A program made the position numbers and the translations under genes. DNA of 46,624 nt from a virus, in the IMG/VR virus record IMGVR_UViG_3300010371_000014, positions 1 through 46,624 of that record. One strand, written 5' to 3'. Below the pieces are notes generated by a model. The model saw nothing but the letters and a program-made list of their open reading frames with translations. It was not told the DNA's origin and did not search any database. Position 1 is the first letter of the stretch. Each line of letters opens with the position of its first letter. Positions 23,157 to 31,620 of this stretch are shown here, piece by piece.

Positions 23157-24595
23157 ACGCGAAGCAACGCCTCCGGTTCTGGCGGGACGATCCCATCGCC
23201 TTCGTCAAGGACTGTTTCAAGCCGAAAGAGATTGAGGACTGGCAGTGTGAGATCCTCGCGGCCTTCCCCGCCACACAGCGCATCGCGGTCCCGGCCGCCA
23301 AGGGCTGCGGCAAGACCTGCGTCGAAGCGTGGCTCATGTGGAACTTCGTGGCCACGCGCCCCCACGCCAACATCGCCGCGACCTCCATTTCCAGCGATCA
23401 GCTCCAGGACGGCTTGTGGAAGGAGCTCGCCTAGTGGCAGCATAAGAGTCCCTTCTTGCTCAATCAGTTCGAATGGCAGAAGACCCGCGTCGTCCAGAAA
23501 GACTACCCGTCGACCTGGTGGATGTCCGCCCGCAGTTGGGCCAAGAGCGCCGATGCGTCAGCGCAGTCACTCACCCTGGCGGGACTCCACGCCGACTACA
23601 TGATGTTCGTCCTGGATGAGTCGGGCGGCATTCCGCTCCCCATTCTCGCGACCGCCGAAGCCGCCTTGGCCAGCGGCATTGAGTGCAAGCTCTTTCAGGC
23701 CGGCAACACGACGACCCTCGATGGCCCGCTCCATCTCGCCTGCACGACGCACGCCCACCTCTGGAAGACCGTCCACGTCACGGGCGATCCCAATGATCCC
23801 AAGCGCTCCAAGCGGATCGGGATCGAATGGGCCAAGCAGCAGATCGAACTCTTCGGGCGCGAGAACGCCTGGGTCAAGGTCAACGTCTTCGGCGAGTTCC
23901 CGGCGGCGAGCCTCAACGCGCTGCTCGGGGCCGAGGAAGTCCGTGCGGCCATGCGGCGGCAGCTCACACCGGATGACTACAGTTTCGCGCAGAAGCGCCT
24001 CGGGGTCGATGTCGCACGGTTCGGCGACGATCGCACGGTCCTCTTTCCGCGCCAAGGGCTCTGGACGACCTTCCCGACGACGTTGCGCGGCGAGCGGACC
24101 ACGAACATCGCGGCCAAGGTCATCATGGCGCATCGGGACTTCGGCAAGGGACACGAGGTCCTCACCCTCATTGACGACACGGGGCACTGGGGACATGGTG
24201 TCATTGACAACTGTATCGCCGCCGGCATCAACCCCATTGGCGTGCAGTTCCACGCACCCGCCCTCGACAAACGGTACAAGAACCGGCGCGCGGAGATGTG
24301 GCTGCAGATGGCCGAGTGGGTCAAGCGCGGCGGCGCTCTCCCCGATATCCCTGAGCTCATTGGCGAGCTCACGGTCCCCACGTACACCTTTGCCAACGGG
24401 CAGTTCCTGCTCGAGGAGAAGGATCTGATCAAGGAAAAGCTGGGCCGATCCCCCGACTTGGCCGATGCCCTCGCGCTCACCTTTGGGATTCCGGAACTGC
24501 CCACGAGCGAGGGATTTCCCCTCGGCTACGAGGGCGCGGCCCAGGGGGCGGGCATCCGTTCAGAATGGGATCCTTACGATCCGGACCGTTCCTAA
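23153..24595 (+). CDS. terL: Terminase large subunit, interrupted by a single in-frame TAG at 23432-23434. The ORF track shows it as two ORFs, 23153..23434 and 23456..24595, in the same frame.
   Basis: Walker A is AVPAAKGCGKTCV (before the TAG) and Walker B is YMMFVLDESGG (after it). The nuclease domain follows, with LGVDVARFGDDRTV and IDDTGHWGHGV. Both pieces share frame 2 (23153 and 23456 are each 2 mod 3), and the sequence reads through as KELA*WQHKSPFLLNQFEW. Confidence 0.85.
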
Positions 24596-24609
24596 CTACC
24601 TTGCGCTCC

Positions 24610-24822
24610 ATGCCCTCACGCTCCCCCAAGCAGCACCGGCTCATGGAAGCCGTCGCGCACGATCCGGCCTTCGCGAAGAAGGTCGGGATTCCGCAGTCGG
24701 TGGGGAAAGACTTCGCGGCAGCTGATGCCGCCACGACTGCTCCATCACACGCCGAAAAGGTGGCGCACGTGATCAAGCACACCGCCACTCACGGCCAGCT
24801 TCCCTCAGGAGGTCGTCCATGA
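24610..24822 (+). CDS. Small conserved phage protein (DUF3008-like), 70 aa.
   Basis: MPSRSPKQHRLMEAVAHDPAFAKKVGIPQSVGKDF matches my recollection of a widespread short phage family. I set the start at ATG 24610. Confidence 0.5.
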   Translation: MPSRSPKQHRLMEAVAHDPAFAKKVGIPQSVGKDFAAADAATTAPSHAEKVAHVIKHTATHGQLPSGGRP

Positions 24823-25022
24823 AGCACCCCGTTCCGCCCGTCAGCCCGCAGGCCAGCGACACCAAGCACACGAAGTCTGCCGCACCCGCTGGCCACGCCG
24901 CCAACGTCACACGCGCCATCAAGCACGGCGAAACGCACGGCACGATGGGCAATCACGCGACCGGTGAGGATGCCGGCTTCCCGCACATGGGCGAAGCGCA
25001 TCCGCCTGGCGAGTCGTACTAG
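24819..25022 (+). CDS. Hypothetical His-rich protein, 67 aa.
   Basis: ATGA overlap with the upstream stop. It shares the HAxxVxxxIKHxxTHG motif with the preceding ORF and ends in TAG. Confidence 0.45.
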   Translation: MKHPVPPVSPQASDTKHTKSAAPAGHAANVTRAIKHGETHGTMGNHATGEDAGFPHMGEAHPPGESY

Positions 25023-25025
25023 CGC

Positions 25026-25475
25026 GTGCAGTACGCCGTCGAGGATCTCACGCCGCTGCTGCAGCAGGAGCTCACGCCGCTCCTGCACAAGCATTGGCGT
25101 GAGATTGCGCATTTCCAGGACATTCCCCTCAATGTCGACTGGGCGACGTACTACCGTGTCAATGGCGATGGGTGCCTGCGCATCTGCACGGCACGGCACG
25201 AACAGCAGCTGGTGGGCTACGCCGTCTTCTTCATCCGTGCCAATCCCCATTACCAAGATTCGCTCCAAGCCGTGCAGGACGTAATGTTCATGCTGCCGGC
25301 GTACCGTGGACGCGGTGGGGCACTCATCGACTACGCCGAGGCGCAGTTGCGGGCGGATGGCGTGCAGGCGATTTATCAGCACGTCAAGGATGCGTTTGAC
25401 TTCGGGCCGCTCCTCCAGCGGTTGGGCTATGTTCCCGTTGAGCGCGTCTGGGTCAAGCGCCTGGATACCGTCTGA
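25026..25475 (+). CDS. GNAT-family N-acetyltransferase, 149 aa.
   Basis: An acetyl-CoA-binding core pattern is present: VQDVMFMLPAYRGRGGALIDYAEAQLRADG (Q/RxxGxG/A). The length is typical for the family. It has a GTG start. Confidence 0.7.
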   Translation: MQYAVEDLTPLLQQELTPLLHKHWREIAHFQDIPLNVDWATYYRVNGDGCLRICTARHEQQLVGYAVFFIRANPHYQDSLQAVQDVMFMLPAYRGRGGALIDYAEAQLRADGVQAIYQHVKDAFDFGPLLQRLGYVPVERVWVKRLDTV

Positions 25476-25780
25476 TGGCCGCGACTGCCGCCATCATCAG
25501 CGCCGTCACCGCCATCGGTTCGGCGGGCTACAGTGCGGTCAAGAGTAATCAGGTGTCACAGCAGGAGAAGGGTACCCTCAATCAGAATCCGCTCCCGAAG
25601 CCGCCGGACCCCAACGTACAACAGGCCGCAGCGGGCGAGGCGGGCGCGCAGGCGGCAGCACAAGCGCAGCAGATCGCAGGCAAGAAGGCTGGCGGCTACG
25701 CCGGCACGATTCTCACAGGACCCAACAGTACGCTCACTTCCACCACAGGACCACAGCGCAAAACGCTGCTCGGGCTCTAA
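25475..25780 (+). CDS. Hypothetical (probably virion-associated) protein, 101 aa.
   Basis: TGATG junction with the GNAT gene. The N-terminus is hydrophobic, the middle is Q/A-rich, and the C-terminus is GTILTGPNSTL...KTLLGL. Confidence 0.45.
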   Translation: MAATAAIISAVTAIGSAGYSAVKSNQVSQQEKGTLNQNPLPKPPDPNVQQAAAGEAGAQAAAQAQQIAGKKAGGYAGTILTGPNSTLTSTTGPQRKTLLGL

Positions 25781-25783
25781 GCC

Positions 25784-26188
25784 ATGTTGCTCACCGCAGA
25801 CCAGAAGTTGCAGATCGTGCTCGCCGGTGCCAAGACGACGCTCAACGCGCACGGCACCGTCGCCTACGAGGATGTCCCGCTCGGCGCCAACCTCGATCCG
25901 ACGAGTCCCAAGTTCCCGCAGTACGGGACAGCGGACTTCGATACCAATGGCGTCACAGTGGTCGATGTCGTGCCAGCGCCTGCCGCCGGATTCGTCCGCC
26001 GCATTCTGGCGGTGCACCTCAACAACCTGGACACTGGCACGATCACCTTCTCGCTCAATAAGTACAGCCTCTCCCTCGCGGCGTCGCTCGGCGTCTTCTG
26101 GAAGTGGACGGCCGCGACGCTCTACCAGGTGCAGTACGCACGTGAGAGCGGCTGGAAGATGTTCACCAGCGCGGGCGTGACCGAGTAG
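25784..26188 (+). CDS. Hypothetical protein, 134 aa.
   Basis: An ORF between the packaging and portal genes with beta-rich composition. It ends in TAG. Confidence 0.5.
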   Translation: MLLTADQKLQIVLAGAKTTLNAHGTVAYEDVPLGANLDPTSPKFPQYGTADFDTNGVTVVDVVPAPAAGFVRRILAVHLNNLDTGTITFSLNKYSLSLAASLGVFWKWTAATLYQVQYARESGWKMFTSAGVTE

Positions 26189-26192
26189 TCGC

Positions 26193-28115
26193 GTGACCGT
26201 CCCGCTTTCACCTGTTGCGGTTATCGTTGATCCCCCAGGGTCAGATCCGACTCTGGGGGTGCAGCGTGATCGCACGGGAAAGAAAAAGAAGAACGGCACG
26301 AAGGAGCGGCCCACACCGAACCCTGAACGGGTGCGAGCGCAGATCGCGATGGGACAGATGGAAGCGGAGAAAGCCAGCTGGCTGACGCACTGGATGGAGT
26401 TGACCGACTACATCCTGCCGCGCCGCGGACGGTTCAGTACCAGCGATAACAATCGCGGCAATCGTCGCACCAAGCACATCGTCGACATGACGGCGACGTT
26501 TGCCGCGAAGATTCTCTCCTCTGGTATGATGAGCGGGATCAGCTCGCCGGCACGCCCATGGTTCCGGCTCAGCACGGGTGATCAGGATCTCGATAGTCTC
26601 TCGTCCGTCAAGAACTACCTGCAGACGGTCCAGCGGCTGCTGTCCACGGCCTTCTTGCAGTCCAACCTCTACAACGCACTCCCCATCGTCTACTCGGACC
26701 TCGGCGTCTTCGGTACCAGCGCCATGGCCGTGCTGGATGATGATGAACAGATCTTCCGCTTCTATCCGTATCCGATCGGCATGTACATGATCGCGAACGA
26801 TGACAAGATGCGGGTGCGGACCTTTGCCCGACCGTTCCGCATGAGCGTTGAGCAGATCGTCACGCGTTGGGGACGGATGCAGGGCGGCGTGCCAGACTTC
26901 ATGCGAGGCGAGGAGACGAACATCTCCCCGCTCTGTCAGCGGCTCTGGCAGAACAACATGCGGACGCAGTGGGTTGACATCGTGCAGATGGTATATCCCA
27001 ATCTGGCGTACTACACCAATGCCATCGACTCCAAGTACAAGGCATTCAAGTCGATCTACTTCGAGTACGCCGCGCCGACGTACATGCTCCTCGAGGAGAA
27101 AGGCTACGACGAGTTCCCACTCCTCGTGCCTCGCTGGGAAATCGCGGCCGAGGATGTCTACGGCTCGAACTCGCCTGGCATGACGGCGCTGGGTGACATC
27201 AAGCAGCTGCAGTTGATCGAGAAGCGTATCGCCCAAGCCATTGAGAAGCAGGTCAATCCGCCTGTCAAGGGACCGACAGCGATGCGTGCTGCCAAGGTCT
27301 CTACGTTGCCAGGTGACATCACCTACGTGGATGAACCGCAAGGTGCTGGCAAGGGCTTCACGAACGTCTACGAGGTCAAGTTCGATATTCAGCATGCGGA
27401 GGAGAAACAGGAGCAAACCCGATCGCGCATCGAGCGCGCCTTCTTCGCTGATCTGTTCCTCATGTTGACCGAGATGGATCGGAAGGAAGTCACGGCGACG
27501 GAAATCATGGAGCGGAAAGAAGAGAAGCTCTTGGCGCTCGGGCCAGTCCTCGAGCAACTCAATCAGGACTTCTTCAATCCATTGATCCATCGCTGCCTTG
27601 CGATCATGCGGCGGAAGAATCTGCTCTCACCGCCACCGCCCGCGCTAGCCAAGATGAAGGGCTTCCATATTGAGTACATCTCCATCATGGCGCAAGCGCA
27701 GCGCATGGTGGGTATTGCCAATATGGAACGCTTCGTCAGCTTCGCGACGTCGGTCTCGCAAGCTGTCGCCGGTGCAGCTGAGAATCCTGAGGTCTTCGAT
27801 ACGGTGGATATCGACTACCTCATCAACGCCTATGCCGAGTCGGCCGGCATTGACCCGCGCATCATCAAGCCAGAAGAAGCGGTGCAGGCGTTGCGCAAGG
27901 CGCGTGCTGATCAGCAGCAGGCCGCACAGAAATCGCAGCAGATGGAGTCGATGTCCAAGTCGGCGAAGAATCTCAGCGGGGCTGACATGTCAGGTGATTC
28001 AGCGCTCACGCGCATGTTCGGCCGCAAGACAGCTGGACGCACGTTGAGCGGGATGAACCAACCGCCGATCGGTCCACAAGGTGTCCCTGTCCCGGCACAA
28101 GGCCCAACCGCATGA
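26193..28115 (+). CDS. Portal protein (podovirus head-to-tail connector type); start uncertain (GTG 26193 or ATG 26349).
   Basis: About 600-640 aa, located downstream of terL. WLTHWMELTDYILPRRGRF and the later conserved blocks resemble T7 gp8-type portals. The C-terminus is Q/A-rich. Confidence 0.75.
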   Translation: MTVPLSPVAVIVDPPGSDPTLGVQRDRTGKKKKNGTKERPTPNPERVRAQIAMGQMEAEKASWLTHWMELTDYILPRRGRFSTSDNNRGNRRTKHIVDMTATFAAKILSSGMMSGISSPARPWFRLSTGDQDLDSLSSVKNYLQTVQRLLSTAFLQSNLYNALPIVYSDLGVFGTSAMAVLDDDEQIFRFYPYPIGMYMIANDDKMRVRTFARPFRMSVEQIVTRWGRMQGGVPDFMRGEETNISPLCQRLWQNNMRTQWVDIVQMVYPNLAYYTNAIDSKYKAFKSIYFEYAAPTYMLLEEKGYDEFPLLVPRWEIAAEDVYGSNSPGMTALGDIKQLQLIEKRIAQAIEKQVNPPVKGPTAMRAAKVSTLPGDITYVDEPQGAGKGFTNVYEVKFDIQHAEEKQEQTRSRIERAFFADLFLMLTEMDRKEVTATEIMERKEEKLLALGPVLEQLNQDFFNPLIHRCLAIMRRKNLLSPPPPALAKMKGFHIEYISIMAQAQRMVGIANMERFVSFATSVSQAVAGAAENPEVFDTVDIDYLINAYAESAGIDPRIIKPEEAVQALRKARADQQQAAQKSQQMESMSKSAKNLSGADMSGDSALTRMFGRKTAGRTLSGMNQPPIGPQGVPVPAQGPTA

Positions 28116-28450
28116 GCCAGAAAGAACGCGCTCTCGTTCGTCACACCGGCGATAAGCAGTCAGTCGAAAAAGCTGAGAAGCGTGAGCAGGACCTTGCGCG
28201 CATCCTCAACGAAGACATCCTCACACTGCTGGAGTTGCCAGCAGGACGGCGCGTGCTCTGGCGAATCATTGAGCATTGCAAAGTCTTCAACACGATCTGG
28301 GATCCATCATCGCGGATTCACTACAACTCTGGTAAGCAGGACGTTGGACATTTCGTCTTGACATTGATCATGGATGTCAAGCCAGCAGCATTCACCCTCA
28401 TGATGGAAGAACACAACGCCGCAGCCAAGGAGCTTGAGCACGATGCCTAA
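28112..28450 (+). CDS. Small conserved head-module protein (Bbp19-like, from memory), 112 aa.
   Basis: ATGA overlap with the portal stop. PAGRRVLWRIIEHCKVFNTIWDPSSRIHYNSGKQDVGHFVL resembles the small protein that follows the portal in BPP-1-like podoviruses. Confidence 0.45.
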   Translation: MSQKERALVRHTGDKQSVEKAEKREQDLARILNEDILTLLELPAGRRVLWRIIEHCKVFNTIWDPSSRIHYNSGKQDVGHFVLTLIMDVKPAAFTLMMEEHNAAAKELEHDA

Positions 28451-29153
28451 TCCAGTGAAGGACCCCGCCGCCGATCCCTCCAAGGCGGGCGATCCTCCAG
28501 CACCTGATCCGAAGAAGGTTGATCCGCCGGCAGCTGATCCGAAGAAGCCTGAGCCGATGGTGCTGACCGATGAACTGAAGAAGCAGTTGACCGACGCAGC
28601 CATCGCCGACTACCAGAGGGCGAATGGACCGCCGGAGAACTACGAACTGAAGGGGCCGAATGGCACAGAACTTCCCAAGGATTTTGTGGAGCGGACGACG
28701 GCCATTGCGCGCGCGTCGGGGCTGACACAGAAACAGGCGGAGGCTGTCGTGCCGTTCATTCAGCAGGAAGTCGCGGCTCGCATGCAGCAAGTCGCCGACG
28801 ACAACAAGCCTGGTGAAGGTTCAGCATGGAAGGCGCGCGATGCTGAATGGCGGAAGCAAGCGCTGGCCGCGCCGGACGTCAACGGATCGCAGGAAAAGTT
28901 GCTCGCCAAGGCCGAGACCGGTCGTCGCGTGCTGACACATCTGCGAACGGTTGACCCGACGACAGCCGAGTTGGAAAAGTTCCTCGATGAGACGGGGTTC
29001 GGCTCGCATCCCGCCGTCGTCAACTTCATGGCGACTGTCGGCAAGCTGATGAAGGAAGCTGACTTCATCCCGCCGCCGGCACCGCCGGGGAACAAAGATG
29101 GGAAGCGCGTCGAAGATCGTCTCTTTCCCTCAACCGCAAAGAAGGAGTCGTAA
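28443..29153 (+). CDS. Scaffolding protein, 236 aa.
   Basis: It lies between the portal and major capsid genes. AAGGAG at 28427-28432 precedes the ATG at 28443. The N-terminus is Pro/Asp/Lys-rich with repeats (DPxK), followed by long charged helices. Confidence 0.55.
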   Translation: MPNPVKDPAADPSKAGDPPAPDPKKVDPPAADPKKPEPMVLTDELKKQLTDAAIADYQRANGPPENYELKGPNGTELPKDFVERTTAIARASGLTQKQAEAVVPFIQQEVAARMQQVADDNKPGEGSAWKARDAEWRKQALAAPDVNGSQEKLLAKAETGRRVLTHLRTVDPTTAELEKFLDETGFGSHPAVVNFMATVGKLMKEADFIPPPAPPGNKDGKRVEDRLFPSTAKKES

Positions 29154-29157
29154 CATC

Positions 29158-30306
29158 ATGCGAACTGCTCTTCGCACACACGGTCGAACGATCGTGTCGC
29201 TGTGCCTGGCGTTCCTGGCACTGGCCATCACGGGGCCGGTGCTCACCGCGCTGGGCTTGATGCATGCAGTGGCCGTCGGCAGCCCGTCTGTGGCGCTCGG
29301 CGGTGTGGTCGGCGCCAGCGTGCTGACGCTGGTCGACTGGGCCAAGCGTCTGGAACCTGAAGGCGGCGTCACCACGGATATCGTGGAGATGCTCTCCATT
29401 ACCAACGAAGTCCTGCTCGACATGCTCTGGCTCGAGGGCAATCTGCCCACTGGCCATCGCACGACGCTTCGCACCGGTCTGCCGGCGGTCTACTTCCGTC
29501 TGCTCAACCAGGGCGTCCAGCCATCGAAGTCCACCACCGCGCAGATCGACGAAGCGACCGCCAAGCTGGAAGCGTGGTCGGAAGTCGACAAGGCGCTGGC
29601 TGATCTGTCCGGCGACGTCAACGCCTTCCGCTTCTCGGAAGCGCTGGCGTTCATCGAAGCGATGAACCAGCAGATGGCGACCTCGCTGTTCTACGGCAAC
29701 TCGGGCACCGCACCGGAGCAGTTCACCGGCCTGGCGCCACGCTATGCCGCGATCAGCGGCGCGACCAACAAGCAGAACGTGCTTGATGCCGGCGGACGCG
29801 CGAACGTCAACTCGTCCATCTGGCTCGTGCTCTGGGGACGCAATACGTTCCACGGTATCTTCCCCAAGGGCACGCAGGCCGGTCTGCAGCATCACGACCA
29901 CGGTGAGGAAACCGCGGAGACGTCGGCCACCATCGGCGGCACACGTCTGCGTGTGTATCGCGATCAGTTCATCTGGGATGCTGGCGTGTGCCTGCGCGAC
30001 TGGCGCTACGTGGTTCGCATCGCCAACATCGACACCACGAACCTCGTGGCCGAAGCGTCGGCGGCGAACATCATCAAGTTCATGATCAAGGCGCTGCACA
30101 AGGTCCCGACCTTCGGGCTCGGCCGTGCGGTGCTCTACATGAACCGCACGCTCTTCGAATGTCTGGACATCCAGCGCTTTGAGGCAGTGCAGACCGGCGG
30201 GCAGCTGCGGTACGCCGAGGTCGACGGTATCATGACGCCGATGTTTCGTGGAGTTCCGATTCGCCGCAGCGATGCGCTGCTAAACACCGAAGCCACCGTT
30301 TCGTAA
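29158..30306 (+). CDS. Major capsid protein (HK97-fold expected), 382 aa, with an unusual hydrophobic N-terminal extension.
   Basis: GAAGGAG lies 10 nt upstream of the ATG at 29158. The conserved-looking blocks are LEGNLPTGHRTTLRTGLPAVYFRLLNQGVQPSKS and FRFSEALAFIEAMNQQMATSLFYGN. It follows the scaffold gene. Confidence 0.7.
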   Translation: MRTALRTHGRTIVSLCLAFLALAITGPVLTALGLMHAVAVGSPSVALGGVVGASVLTLVDWAKRLEPEGGVTTDIVEMLSITNEVLLDMLWLEGNLPTGHRTTLRTGLPAVYFRLLNQGVQPSKSTTAQIDEATAKLEAWSEVDKALADLSGDVNAFRFSEALAFIEAMNQQMATSLFYGNSGTAPEQFTGLAPRYAAISGATNKQNVLDAGGRANVNSSIWLVLWGRNTFHGIFPKGTQAGLQHHDHGEETAETSATIGGTRLRVYRDQFIWDAGVCLRDWRYVVRIANIDTTNLVAEASAANIIKFMIKALHKVPTFGLGRAVLYMNRTLFECLDIQRFEAVQTGGQLRYAEVDGIMTPMFRGVPIRRSDALLNTEATVS

Positions 30307-30322
30307 CCAGGAGACTACATCC

Positions 30323-30784
30323 ATGCGGGTTGACGCACAGTCCATGCTCTGGAACGCAGCCGCGCTCGCGGCGACGGCTGTTTCCGACAATGCCTACGAC
30401 ACTGGCGCGCAGCCGGTCGCAGGCAGCATCTTCAATGATCTGTCGCGCGGTGAACCGCTCGTCTTCGCGATTGCGGTCATCGTGGCGGCGGATCTCACCA
30501 CCGGCGATGAGACGTACGAGTTCGACATCATCAATGACTCGGCGTCGAATCTCACGACTGCACCGAACACGCTCGCGAAGTATGTGATTCCGGCGGCGAA
30601 CCTCACACTGGGCACGTTGCTTGCACTTCCGATGCCGATCCGCACGGGTACGCCGCAGCGCTATCTGGGGCTGAAGGCGGTGCTCGGCGGCACGACACCC
30701 AGCATCACGGTCACGGCGTGGATCACCAGCATGAACATGATCGACACGTACCGTGCGTTCGCGTCCAAGATCGTCGTTCTCTAA
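30323..30784 (+). CDS. Putative head decoration / cement protein, 153 aa.
   Basis: Immediately after the major capsid gene. Beta-rich sequence with YLGLKAVLGGTTPSITVTAWI, reminiscent of BPP-1-type cement proteins (from memory). Confidence 0.4.
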   Translation: MRVDAQSMLWNAAALAATAVSDNAYDTGAQPVAGSIFNDLSRGEPLVFAIAVIVAADLTTGDETYEFDIINDSASNLTTAPNTLAKYVIPAANLTLGTLLALPMPIRTGTPQRYLGLKAVLGGTTPSITVTAWITSMNMIDTYRAFASKIVVL

Positions 30785-30805
30785 TCTTCAACTGAGGAAC
30801 CAGTC

Positions 30806-31099
30806 ATGAAAGTTCGCGCACTGGCGCACTGCTACGTCGGTGAGACGTACCGCAAGCCAGGTGATGAGTTCGATATGAAGGGACCGATTCCCGACCATGT
30901 CGAACTGGTGGATGCACCGGCACGAAAGCAGAAAGCCAGCTCATCAACCTCACCCGACAGCGATGAGAGCGACGAGTTCGAGGAGGAAGATGAACTCGAA
31001 GAGGAAGAGGAAGAGGCAGAAGGTGAAGAAGAAGAGGCAGACGAAGACAGCGCTGAAGCACCTGCGAAGAAGAAGCGGAAGCGGAAGCGCACGCGGTAG
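30806..31099 (+). CDS. Small protein with an acidic tract followed by a polybasic tail, 97 aa.
   Basis: A globular N-terminal 40 aa is followed by SPDSDESDEFEEEDELEEEEEEAEGEEEEADEDSAE and then APAKKKRKRKRTR. AGGAAC-like RBS region lies upstream. It ends in TAG. Confidence 0.55.
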   Translation: MKVRALAHCYVGETYRKPGDEFDMKGPIPDHVELVDAPARKQKASSSTSPDSDESDEFEEEDELEEEEEEAEGEEEEADEDSAEAPAKKKRKRKRTR

Positions 31100-31106
31100 T
31101 TGATCC

Positions 31107-31142
31107 GAGGGACAGCGTCGTCAGCTCGAGGCGCTGTCCCTC
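31107..31142 (+). promoter_or_regulatory. Stable hairpin after the capsid gene block; possible attenuator or RNA stabiliser. No U-tract.
   Basis: gagggacagcg (31107-31117) pairs perfectly with cgctgtccctc (31132-31142), giving an 11-bp stem and a 14-nt loop. It lies 8 nt after the stop at 31099. Confidence 0.35.
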
Positions 31143-31169
31143 ACCTCCCTTACTATAGCGAGGCAGGAC

Positions 31170-31616
31170 ATGGCTGATACGGTGAAGGTCATCACCATCT
31201 TCGAAGATGACATCAATCTGGTCGTCAAGCTGACAGGCGTCTCTGATGGCACAGGTGAGGCGAACGTCAAGAAGGTGGACATCACGACGGTGATTGTCAA
31301 CGAGTACGGCAAGCAGCCCAGCGGCTTCAATCTCGAACAGCTGCGGTGGGCGATCCAAGGCTACACGAACATCAATCTCATTTTCGACCGCACGGCGACA
31401 CCGGCCACGGTGGCAGTGCTCTGCGCGAGCGGCTACGACGATTATCGTGGCTTGCAGCGCGGCACACGCAACATGCAGCGGCTGGCTGGTCTCGCTGATC
31501 CCAACATGGCAGCTGGTGATGGCAAGGGGTCACTCTTGCTCACGTCGGTCGGTGCGGTTGCCGGCGCGACATACGACATCACCGTGTGGCTGTCCAAGTA
31601 TCAGAACAACTCGTAA
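31170..31616 (+). CDS. Hypothetical structural protein, 148 aa.
   Basis: An ORF with GAGGCAGG upstream, located between the head and tail genes. Confidence 0.5.
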   Translation: MADTVKVITIFEDDINLVVKLTGVSDGTGEANVKKVDITTVIVNEYGKQPSGFNLEQLRWAIQGYTNINLIFDRTATPATVAVLCASGYDDYRGLQRGTRNMQRLAGLADPNMAAGDGKGSLLLTSVGAVAGATYDITVWLSKYQNNS

Positions 31617-31620
31617 AGCA

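Noticed and set aside
24819-25475. Possible readthrough fusion of the His-rich ORF and the GNAT ORF. They are in the same frame, separated by TAG and one codon.
   Set aside because: The GNAT domain is complete and of typical stand-alone length from its own GTG start. A shared frame is expected by chance one time in three, and nothing else supports a fusion.
26241-27590. A 449-aa minus-strand ORF. Similar long antisense ORFs occur at 29065..30099 (344 aa) and 20550..21368 (272 aa).
   Set aside because: Each is antisense to a well-supported gene (portal, major capsid, and the early 262-aa protein, respectively). They show Arg/His/Leu-biased composition and no independent signals.
23153-31099. 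Genome-wide TAG stop-codon recoding as the explanation for the in-frame TAG in terL.
   Set aside because: TAG terminates at least three late ORFs: 25020-25022, 26186-26188 (where the next gene is in a different frame) and 31097-31099. No suppressor tRNA gene is visible, and no other gene shows an internal TAG. Only a site-specific event or an error remains plausible.
31149-31163. CTTACTATAGCGAGG resembles the 3' half of T7/SP6-type phage promoters (CTCACTATAGGGAGA, 12 of 15 matches). It lies just after the capsid-block hairpin.
   Set aside because: No single-subunit RNA polymerase gene is present in this closed genome, and I found no second copy of the motif. A single partial match is best treated as coincidence.
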